DNA of 63,641 nucleotides, the filler included, from Choristocarpus tenellus KU-1152 (lineage: Eukaryota; Protista; Phaeophyceae), in the NCBI GenBank assembly GCA_964200185.2. It is 7 parts of 7 records of this genome, joined end to end, with 100 filler letters (N's around TTAATTAATTAA, not from the genome) between each part and the next. Parts side by side here need not be neighbours in the genome. Positions count along the whole stretch, not along the records: positions 5,610 to 35,633 come from CAXNAD020000094.1; positions 35,734 to 43,379 come from CAXNAD020005823.1; 5 more parts are not named here. One strand, 5' to 3'. Numbering within the stretch: the stretch's first letter is position 1; each line of letters begins with the position of its first letter. The notes under the pieces were generated by a model. That model was not told the origin of the DNA. It worked only from the letters and a program-made list of their open reading frames with translations, and made no database searches. The position numbers and the translations under genes are program-made. Shown piece by piece: positions 27,001 through 38,383 of this stretch.

Positions 27001-30000
27001 AGCACCATTAAGTGCACAAAATTGTTGTCCAAATCCTACAGCTCTGAGTTGTTCTCACCTGCACCCCTGTGTTGGACAGAATCTCACGAATGAAACTGCC
27101 TCCCTTTCCAATTATGTGACCGACCAGGGGCTGTGGTACCGCAAGCTGGCCCCATGGAGATAAAAAAATAAATCGAAAAATTAAAAATTGTTACTGATAG
27201 GAAAAATGTTGGCAAACAGTCTAATACTCTATGAGACAAGGCACAACAAACACAATACAATGCAAAACATCATTTCAACTACATAAATCAAATTGATTGA
27301 CAGAAAACTGGAAATTATAACAAAAGCTTGGATTTAAGTGGAACCACCTGATCTACTCCAGGCTATCGAACAGCATCACACTGTTGTAGGTGCATGCATT
27401 TGCTGTGATTGTTTTGTATCACCTTGATGGAACTCTCATTCTCCTCATCATTAGGGTTCTCCTTTGCACTGCTAGTAGTTCTCCACTCTTGAACACGCTC
27501 CTCAAGAGCATGGCGAGCAGCTACAATTTGTTTTGGACCCCCTGTAATGTCAACCTTACCACCAAACAGGGCAACAAATTCATTTTAACAGTAGGGGGTG
27601 TGGGGTGGAGGAGTGAAGGACAAGCACAAAATGAAAGGAAAAAAATACTAAGCTCATGTACGAAATGTTGCATTTCCACATTGTTAAAATGTTTAAAACC
27701 ATGAAAAGTAAACCTTAATCACAGCAACAAGTACCCTCCACCTCACATGCCTTACTCACCCTGTGCTCATTGGTTCCTGTGGTAAGATCATTGCTGGGTG
27801 CCACCTGCATACGTGCCCCTGTCTTCTCTGTGAGAGCCTTGATTGACACGCCAGCATGACCAAGAATATACCCCACTGCCCGGGCTGGCACATGCACAGC
27901 GGCCACCTCCGGCTCATCCGCAGTAGCAGGGCGCCCTCCCACCTTTTTGCAGTTGAAGAAAATAAATGAAAAAAGTCAGACAAATACAAGAGTGCAAAAA
28001 TTTAGAGTTCAAAGGTAAATTGAATTGGGCATGGAGGCAGTGGTTGAGATGTAAAATCAGTAACTACCTTGCAGGGGCAAAAATATTGAGAGAGAGCATG
28101 CACCAGGTTATGGCAGGGAGGGGGGAGTTGGTGGGTGACAGATCCTCTACATGGTACCTATATATCTTGAGGAGTGTGGGAAAGGTATTGCTAACTTATT
28201 ACTCAAATCTCTAAGGAATACAAGCGACTTTAGGTGATTGAATCAAAGATAAACAGATGCCCAGGTTAGATATTGCTCAAATTTTTGAAACAATTAATTG
28301 AGATTACTTACTGGCATGGAAGGTGAGTGAAAAATTTAATGAAAGATACGTAAAATTAACTTCATCTTCATGGACAGAACAAAAAAAACAAGGTCAAGTA
28401 TGGTAGATCCTTACAGAGTATTCCAAAGCAAAATCCATCAGCTGTGCAAACTTCCCCCATAGAAGAACATATGAAACTAAGTACCTTTGGATTGTCGCGA
28501 ATGAGCTCCATGGCCTTTGTGCGTTGTTCAGGGTTCCCCTTTATGTATACCATGCGGTCTACACCCCCTTTCGCCATTGCTTTCTCATTAGCAACACGAA
28601 TCTCTGCATGAGACAACGCCTGCAAAGCCACCCAGAAAATGGAGGGTGGAGGGGAGAATAAATAAGGGGACAATCACAGACACATTGCTCTCTTCTGCTT
28701 GAGATTGTAGTAAAGCCAAATATGCCATTTTAACTAAGATTAATTTAGTGAATGCAACTCCTTAGGTCTGTGTGACATACACACCATTGTATTGATGCGG
28801 ATACAACACACTTATGAACACTCCTTAAACATTGACCCTATTTTATTATGTAGCATAGATAAAAAATTTCTGCTGCATTCAAAATGAAGGATATGCATTT
28901 ATTTTTAAGTCATTTCCTCCCCCACCTCAGAATGAATACTTACACTTACATCTGTCTGCGTAGGTCCACTATAGAAGGGCAAGCCCAGTGTCAAATCAGG
29001 TCCATGGACAAAAGCACTCGACCTTGACTCCTCTATCCCACTCCTATTCTAAAGTTAACCTTGAATTAGAGACCTCTCTACGTTTTATTCTGACTAGCCG
29101 CTCAACAACCGTACCAGTCATGGGAAAAGACACAACCTCATTCCTTCTTATGGACGAGACACCTTTGCACATTCAGACAAATAATAGCAGCAAAACACTG
29201 CACACTCGCCCCTACAATACCCTAGTAAATGTATTCAACAACTGTCCTCTCAGGACACAATCACATACGCAGGCAAGACCATCACTGACCTCAATGTTCT
29301 GTATTCCACTTCCTCCCTTGCCAATGAGCCACCCACAATGAGTGTTGGGGATGAGCCATCGGTCCACAGACACCTTTAAAGCAGGGTCCACCTTTAAAGC
29401 AGTACCATTCTTCGCTGCAATAAGCTCATGCTCAAACTGTTCCTGAGCTCCAGATTATCAATTCAAATGATGGATTCATATTGGTAAAAAAAATTAATCA
29501 GAGGGTAACAAGAAACATACGGGGAGAAAATCAGCAATATGTAACTGGGGATTTTACTGATAGTGTATCTAAGATGTATGTGCGCCAAAAACTTCATGGC
29601 TTTCGTTTTGCAAAACAAAAACTGTTTTTTTCCAAGCCGTTCGTAACACAACAATTGCCAAATTTTACAAAAACTATCCAATCTAATACACACCAACTTT
29701 TGAATATCTTCATGGTGGAATGATTTGCTATACTGCATACTATACACTATTCAATAGCATTCAGATAGACCTCTGATACTATAGAACAGGAAATCTTTAC
29801 ACATGGAACAATAACTCCATGCAATGAGAGCCTTGTAAAGAAAAAATCACCGAGGTAAAACATTGCAACACTATTGAGTCTTGACTATACACAATCCAGC
29901 TGAGAGCTCTTAGCTAGCAAGCAGTCCAAGAATAAGATTATTGCTGATACAGCTAAGCAAGTGTTCCTACCATATTAATATAACCACATCCTGCAGCTTC

Positions 30001-31888
30001 TAATGCCTCAAGAGAAGTCTTGGTATCCCTCCCATTGAGAGTAATTCCTTGTTCTTTTCGAGATATAAATGAGTGTTGGTCTTGGATCTTCCATTTTTTT
30101 ATTGTCACAACGAGAACTAAAAAAAAGAAGACAGGGTACTCAACTACTCTCACTAGCTCCCTGAAGACTGTACAATGCTCAGAAAAATACAAGGTAACTT
30201 TTCCTAAAAATTCTAACTATATTCAGAGGTCAAAAAATAGTATCATATAATTACCTATACTTACCTACACAGGACAGGGTTGGAGAACATACTAGCAAAT
30301 TGACCCTTTACAAACCTTGAGGGGTATGGGCAGTGTCACATCAACAACCGCATGTACTCATCCCAATGTACATGAACTACAACACAACAAAAGTGGTCAC
30401 AGCACGGCATTATAAGCTTACTCAATAATCATCGTGCTCCTCTCTCACTTGTCTCCCAACTCTAAGAGCACCAATGTTCGGTTTACCTCAGCTGGGGATG
30501 GGGCAAGGCTTGTAGACCGGCGCGCTGCAAGCTTTTCCAGAATGATCTTCTCCAGCATAAGGAGACCCTCCATTGTACCATGGACTCCCACCCCACGTTC
30601 TCTAGCACCCTCCGGCATAGACTTTGTTTCCTACAGATTGTACAAAGAAAAATATGTTAATACTTATCCTTACCAACACTGTATTTCCTCCAATTCCCCA
30701 GCACAAAGCTTTGATCAGTCAGCTGGATCGATCACAAAAAAAACATTAAGTGGGCCTGTAGACTGTCTTCACTTCTCCATGCTCTCCCTTCTATTAATTT
30801 GTGTCTCTACCTAAGCTCAGCAGAAACACAATGTTTGAAACACGACAAAAATGTTACTTGACTTGAATGGAGGGCCGGGAGTACACAAAAACAAAAAATA
30901 CAAGAAAAACGAGCAACAGAACAGTGTAACGAAATGAACCAAACACTTAACAACACTCCAGAGCAAAGTGAGAGTAGCACACTAATTGGCAATTTACACA
31001 ACACTGAAGGGAACAGGTTGCAAAAACTCTATCCCAAACTTCTATCTTCTATCATTGGCAGGAGGGGGGTTATATGCACAAGGCCTACAACATGAGCTTC
31101 GACCCACGGTACTAGTGCAGAGAAGTCAATGCAATCTCAGAGAAATTTATGTCAGAAACCACTGTAGAGGGTGCAGTTGGACGCCATATCTTAGCACCCT
31201 AAAAAATGTCATTTAAGTCACCATGGAAACCACTTGTGGGAAGTTGTTGACCCATACCTGAAGAGTAACCTTGCACCCACTTTTTTCCTGCATGTCACGC
31301 AGTCCCACCCCGCCCTTTCCAATAAGCATTCCCATTGCATCCTGGATTGTCCACAGCAGATAATATGTTGGCAACAAAAGTAGGTAATGGATTTTTGATA
31401 AGGTCGTCAGTAACCTCTATATACCCTACGAGTGGGGATATTTCGTCTTTACTTATCTTCTTGTAGTGGAGGGTAACTGTTACAAATAGAGTTTGCTAGG
31501 GGAAAAGATAGTGGGTCTCAAATACGGGTTTAGGTCGACGACTCTAAGAAGGATCTACACTTGCCGTGGAGCACATGATGCTTAGTCCACCCTTCACCAC
31601 GGTGGATCTCACACCATCGCCAGACATCTCGTCTATACTGCGCTGACGCTTTGTGGCAGGGCCATCGGCATTGGCCGTCAATACGGTGTTTCCCTCAACC
31701 TGACCGATGAGCAAGGTGGTGTTTTGCGGAGAAGGGAAAGCGGGAAATTGGTCCTTAGTCTGGCGTAGACAATTGAATGTGAAAATTGCGGCTACCAGCG
31801 AGCATCATTATTTCCGATACTCGATGAGTATTGAAAGAATCTCCAGAGAAAAAATCCCTCACGCGAGACGGACGTCATGAGCAACCAT
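21023..31888 (-). CDS. Five-KH-domain RNA-binding protein (~850+ aa) with Q/P/Y-rich low-complexity regions
   Basis: Exons 31699-31565, 31341-31258, 30630-30487, 29442-29290, 28619-28485, 27942-27760, 27554-27423, 27145-27059, 25827-25681, 25338-25201, 24784-24716, 24538-24380, 23948-23745, 23329-23117, 22653-22561, 22184-21978, 21662-21513 and 21139-21023 splice into one open frame. KH loops: MLIGKGG, WLIGKGG, YILGHAG, HIIGKGG, ALIGKGG. First exon uncertain (ATG 31888 or 31924). Confidence 0.9.
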
Positions 31889-31924
31889 ATTAAAGCTTTG
31901 CAATTTCTTTGTAGACAATTCCAT

Positions 31925-32540
31925 AGATGGCCTTGATAAAGCAGCACGAGGGAGTCTATTCATATGGACCATGACACAACGATTCCGTCATGACTGAGAG
32001 ATTTGAGGACTAAAGGGCAAGATGTGGAAAATTATGAGTTGATAAAAGTGAGATTTACTGTCCTCTCTTCGAGCTAAATAATAACTTAGGCAAAGATTAA
32101 ATGAACTTTGCCCCAGGCAATGACAATCACAACTCTGCATTGTTTAGACTGGAAACATAAAGCCTTATATTCCCACGAAGAATCCGATCGTTCTTCTCAC
32201 CGCAGCCATGGTGGTGTCAGTTGGGCCTTGATGCAGAAGTTTCCCAGTATATCAGATAATCACCGAGAAAGTTTGGGATTAACCGCGACTGCAACTAGTA
32301 GATGACTAGCGGGGGAATTATGGCAACGAGTTGTCTTCTCGTACCACCCTTGGATATGAACTCTTCTATCTACCTTTCTGAAACCTGACAGGACAACATA
32401 GGACCACAAACAAGAGACTGCAAACCCTTACCCTAAGAAACCGCATCGTCCGTCGTCCAGCCGTCCACCTTGGTGAAGTTTACTGAAATAGTAATCCAAA
32501 AAGGCGTAGTCCTTGCATCAGGTCATCCCAACTAGGAACC
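31925..32540. promoter_or_regulatory. Putative bidirectional promoter (KH gene / PPIL2)
   Basis: About 0.6 kb between divergent starts, locally CpG-rich relative to both gene bodies. Confidence 0.5.
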
Positions 32541-35135
32541 ATGCCCAAGAATAAGCACTCCAAGGATCGTCTGTTCGTCACTGCCACCGAGGTCTTTGCA
32601 ACTTCCTCCCAGCTTCCGCATGAGATTAGAGTACAGAAACCAGTGAAACTTGATTAATTTCTTAGTCGGATGTTGATTTCCCCCTTGCGATAAACGACTA
32701 CACACACACCCTGGTCATTCAGGAAAATTCTTTGTCCTTGACCTGAAAACGGGATGTTGTTGACGCTGGGGTGGTGGTACCAACCTCTATGTAGAATGCG
32801 CCCGACAAGTTCAGTTCATACTTCAGTAAACGAGCTCTTCAGTGAGCACAGGGCAAACGACCTCATCACCCTCCCCCTCGCTCCTCAACTCCCTCTGTAG
32901 TGCTGATGTTCATCTTAATTTCTCTCTAACTCATTTCACTGTCCATTCCCCTTGATGCACACTGTAGTGGGCAAGAGATTATGGCGGCAAGAAGGCTGGG
33001 AAAAACGCTACCACACGTCCACTTGCTTTTGACTGCTGCGCCCTCTCCCTCGCACCTTTCGAGGTCAGCTCAGTTAACTTTTATTGAATACTCACACCCA
33101 CAGCAATAATTACTTTTAGCGAGATGTGTAAGGGCATCAGAATTTCGTTAGGTCTAATGGATCACTTCAGTAAGGGCACAAAGTAGCTGAATAAAATCAA
33201 CAAGCAAATGAGACCATCAAGTCTTGTCCTGGAAATATCCCCCCGCAACCATTTTCTCCGGCATTAACGCTCGTCTTCCTTTAATTGCGGTCATGTGCAA
33301 CCGTTGCAAAAAAGTGCGATATACGTCCTTGGAAAACTTGGGTAACAATGTCAAGAATGGCAGAGATTACAAGATTGCAACCGCATTTGAACAATGAATT
33401 AGATCACTGTATCTCACGAGAATGGTTAGTCACATAGGTGGGTATTATCCCTGAGTGTTTATGATTGTACTCAAAATTACTGATCGAAATCAGTAATCCC
33501 TGCACCTCCTGGACCACTCTCAACAGACCAACCACTTCACATACATCTCAACTATCTCCCCTATCTCCCCTTCCCGAAATTTTGTTGGCGATGCAGCAGG
33601 CATTGTCTTGGTCCTCTGCTCTTGCCTTGACACCTGTAGTGAACTAGCTACCTCTTGATTGTACCCCGTCATCACTCACTTGGTAGACCTGTAATTAAGT
33701 AACCTGGTTTTCCTCCATGCCACCGTCATCAGACACCTGTGTGCACTAAAGAGGGTGTGGTTTTTGACATCCTCAACATCATACCCTACATCAAGAAACA
33801 CAAGAAGAACCCGGTCAATGGAGAGGCCCTCACATCGAGAGATCTCATCAGGTTGAACTATGCAAGAAATACTGAAGGGAAATGGCACTGTCCAGTCACC
33901 TTCAAGGCACGTATATCCCCCTGAACTCTTTCCCTTGAGCCCCAAGCCTATACAAATTGGGTGGCACTTGCATTTTTGAAATCATCCATATGAAGTGATT
34001 TCACATCAAACCATGACAATTCTCTACTTGCTCTTTTTTGCGAGGTTTTTGTGTCCCCAATATTATTTTTATTGATACAAATACAGGGCAAGCAATAAGT
34101 TAACTTCTCTATGTATTTTTTTTCACTCTGTTGCTCTTTCAACTTTTTGGGGGCGGGTGTGTTTTGATCATATTCACAGGTTTTCAACAACAACTCACGC
34201 ATATTGGCCATCCAACCATCTCGGAATGTGTATGCAGCAGAAGCTGTGGAGGAACTAAACTTCAAGGCCAAGAATTGGTCTGACTTGCTCACAGGGGAAA
34301 GCTTCACCAAGAAGGTGAAAGGCATGTTTGAGTCCAATTGTCATGTGCTTTCGTGCCTTGTGTCTGAACTCCCTCCAACACAGTGCATGTGTGGGATAAT
34401 TATTATTTTGTGCTTGACAAGTAGTACTCCCTTCATTGGAAACAGGGTTAAAAAAAAAATGTTTTCTTGTTTGGGGCTACGGAAGTATGTATTATGCGTT
34501 TGAAATTCACGGTTTATCCTTATCCATTTGTTCCTATTTACTTGTTCGAATACCATGCTTTAGGAGCAGTTGATTGCTGATGCGGAAGAATGTCATACTG
34601 GTTTTTTGTTGTTCATTGCAGCTCAATTCAACTGAAACTGATTGTTCAAAATTGACAAGTTGCTACACAGTCGACTGATTATTTTCTTGTGCGTATGCGT
34701 GCTTTGCACTCTGCAGGAAACTTCTGTGGTGTCCTTTTTCATGCACTACGCCACATTTTTTTATTCCAATGAGTGGATTTGATTCTTATACCAACAGTGC
34801 CTCATTGTGAAGGGGTATTTTTGTTGAACTCTTGAGTTAATATCACCCTCCACAATTTTCTTCAACCCGCCCTATCAATACTAAGGGTGCCTTCTGTGCA
34901 TAGAGTGACGATGTCTGATCTCTTTCCACACACACCCAAAGTCAACCTCAATCTTACAACCGTAGTCAAATCCATCCTTACATCATTTCTTGCAACCATA
35001 CCTCCGCTCCTCCACCACCCACCCCCACACTTTTGCGCAACTTCAACCCCATGCCAGGAAGTGATCGTTCTAAACGACCCTTCAGATGCTACCCACGTCG
35101 CGTCAAGGGATGTCAACAACTTCCAGCACCTCAAG
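32541..35135 (+). CDS. PPIL2: Peptidyl-prolyl isomerase-like 2 / Cyp60 (U-box/Rtf2-RING N-terminus), 5' partial
   Basis: Exons 32541-32591, 32968-33063, 33733-33906 (GC donor), 34180-34314 and 35058-35135 give MPKNKHSKDRLFVTATEWARDYGG...LAFDCCALSLAPFETPVCTKEGVVFDILNIIPYIKKHKKNPVNGE...WHCPVTFKVFNNNS...NVYAAEAVEELNFKAKNWSDLLTGESF. The cyclophilin domain is lost at the contig end. Confidence 0.92.
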
Positions 35136-35733
35136 GTGAGAGCTGTTTAAAAGTGACTGTAATTGTGTTGTAGTGCAGTGGTGAAAAACAGTCGAATACT
35201 GTCCTGACTTTGTAACTAAAGAGATCCAGCAACAGGGAGACGATATTTGGTCTTCAACCTATCGTCAGAGGCACTACACAATTAACCACTTGTCATGTTG
35301 TAAGTAACTGTATATTGTACTACATTTTACTTCACTGCCCCCATTCATGCCTTGCTCCTCACACGTTGGGCTTAGTCATCCACCCCTCGTCACTCCTCCC
35401 TCAAATCTTGTACTGGATCCAGCTAAGCATTGCTTGGCAATGAAGCAATCCCACGCCAATTTCGGACTTCAGAGTTTTTGTGGTATTGTTAGAGACAGGA
35501 GGCGTTCACTTCAGATTATCAAGACCAGATTTACTATATATATTTACTATATACCTGGAAAGGTATCTGTCATAGAAGGAATTTGAACATTAGATACCTG
35601 CTCTCGAGACTCTAACATAAGATTTCCCCCACCNNNNNNNNNNNNNNNNNNNNNNNNNNNNNNNNNNNNNNNNNNNNTTAATTAATTAANNNNNNNNNNN
35701 NNNNNNNNNNNNNNNNNNNNNNNNNNNNNNNNN

Positions 35734-36283
35734 CAACCACCCCCCCCCCCCCGCCACCCACAACTGTTGCTGCTCCTGCGGTAGCTACTGACACAGTCTT
35801 TGCCACCCCCAACCCAGTAGTTGGGATAGTATTTGTTATCCCAACAGAAGCTGGAACGTATTGGGGTGCTGCTTGTGCCACCCTGGGTACTGCTTGTGCC
35901 ACCCTGGGTACTGCTTGTATCACCCTAGGTGCTGTTTGCGCCACCCTGAGTGCTGGTTGTGTCTGTCCCATACCACCCACATTACCACCCCCCGCCATAA
36001 CTCCTGGCATCCCAATTGAACCCACTCCCACACCTCCACTTCCACCTAAACCCAGTGCTTGGTCCTGCCCACCACTTGCCCCAGAAGTTAGGGCTTGCCC
36101 TGACCCTGATAATGCCCCTGTTCCTGCAATGGCCCCCTGCCCCAGTCCTTGCACCGGCCCTTGCGCTGCACCTGGAACTATCTCAGCTCCAGTGATGGTC
36201 CGTGACTCAGTCCCACTTCCAGGATCTGCAGGTTGCTGTTCATGGAGCTTCGGTGCCTTCAGAATCAAGAATAATGTGGTCAA
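35734..36283 (-). other. Gly/Ala/Val-rich ORF fragment with 21-bp tandem repeat, possibly retroelement gag N-terminus
   Basis: Open frame running into the linker. Four 21-bp units at ~35865-35950 encode (V/I)AQA(V/A)PR-like heptads. Strongly CpG-depleted. Confidence 0.35.
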
Positions 36284-38383
36284 GCTGAGAGTTAAGTTCT
36301 GCAGCTATTTTTCATGTAGTAACTCACTTTGAAGGAACACTCAGATGAAAGAAAAGACCTTTGCTCTGCCATCCTCAGCTTTGTATGATAATCCATGCAA
36401 AGACGGCACATTTTCAACAGGATTTAGCTTAAGAATAACAAAACAACAGACAATAACCATGGAGCCCAGGCTGGAGTTTGACTGTTATAACACGTATGCA
36501 CATCCAAACATCTACAGCTCTCAACCTTGCAAACCTGTTCATTTCGCTGACTGATGATTGCTCCCTTGCCTCTTATTGGTGACATCATTCTCATGCCAGA
36601 ACCTCTACCACCACGCTGGACAATACCTCCTCGGGTGACAGCACCTGGTGCAATTATGTCCCAATATTAGACAAGAAGGGGTTACAGGTGGTAAGGGTTA
36701 GGGTGTGAAGGTGAACGGAAACATACTGTGAATGAACAAAAATTGATAGACAACTGTGCACTTACTGACAGCACTTATTTTCATAACTTCTTTTTTTTTA
36801 AACGAAACAAAAAGAACCTCAGGCTCTTGAGCATGGACATGAAATATAAGGGCACGCAACACCAAAAATGAAAGTGTCACTTTTGTGGAGAGGAAGTGGA
36901 GAGGAAGAGGAGAGGAAGTAGCCACCTTCCCGTTTGTATTTCATATTCTTCATCGCACAGGGATAGACACGGAAGGAGTAGATCCAGGTGAGGCATGTTG
37001 ATTGAATGTGTGTGGAGCAAAGCCTGGGAGACCTTGAGACAGTAGCTCGGCATGAACTCTAGCAGAAAGAATATAACCTAACAACAACGAAATGATATTT
37101 TCTCTCGTCCCTTACACTTCACGGCCTCCACAATGCAACACATCAGGGGGGGGGCATTCTGGAGAAGAATATAGATACGAGTTGGTAGGGAAGAAGGCAG
37201 AGGATATGCACGCTCACCGGGTGGCCTGTACCCATGACTGGGGGTAGCTGCTACAGGAGGGGTCACATCCTCCGTGGAAGATGCTGCTGTTGTTCCCTCC
37301 CCTGACGGTAGAGGGGGACTCACAGCTGGCTGATCCCACATGACAGTGTGCGCATGGGGGATCGAGGCAGATACTCACAGAAGGCTCAGAGCACGGATTC
37401 TACCCCTAGAAGATATTATACTGAAGGGTGAACGCCACGACCAAGGCCGATTCAAGCAACACTTGAGACAAGAAACAAGTTTCAAGTGAAACAAACGACC
37501 ATCTAACGTACGCAAAACGATACAAATTAGGGTTGCGATACACGAACAGGTGTTATCTCACCGCAGGGGCTGGGGGTTTCCTGTCTTGTAAAGCACCATG
37601 AAGGGTTTGCCCCGCCCTCAGTGCCATTTTCAGCAGCTAATGCTGCTTGTGCTTCGAAATGTTAGGCAAGGGGATCCAAGTCAGCATTCTTCAACACGAC
37701 CTTTGAGGACATGGAAAAATAACCCAATCCAACGTTTCGATTCCGTCATAACTTCGTCTTTGGTTGAAATCCAAACAGAGAACTATTAACGGCGATAAGT
37801 TCACGGGACACACGTCTGAGTTGCAACTATCTCCAAGAAATACAAGTCGAAGAGCCAAATGGATCAAGATCCAGTACTAGAAGGCTTGCATCCCCTTTTA
37901 ACTCATGTCAAACAAGAATGGAAAAGTTGGGGCCTTCACCATATCAAACGGTCTTATCTGCCCAATTAAATAACCCAAGTCCAGTCTTGGGTTGTTGATC
38001 AAACCGAGATACACTCAACTTTCTCCACAACATTTAGCTAGGGAATCCATACCAAACATTCTGGAGCAGGCACGATGAAATGAAGCTTGACTTTGTAACA
38101 CACCTTCTTCCTCGCTCAAGTTGAAAAAGCACACTCGCCACAACCAGGAAGGGACAGGACAAATTGTTGAGAGATGATATTCAGAGAAGAGGGGAGGAGG
38201 GAATCATGGATGAGAATGAGTATGCGCGATTTTGACCGCGCGAGCTTGAAACCGAAACCGTATCACACTCCAGCTACCGTTGTTGTAGCAAGTTGCAAGA
38301 TTACCATGTTATTGTGACACCCATCTCAAGTTGCCTAGCGATATCGTTGGGCCAGTAGGAGTAGTTATCTCAGAGTAAGTCAG

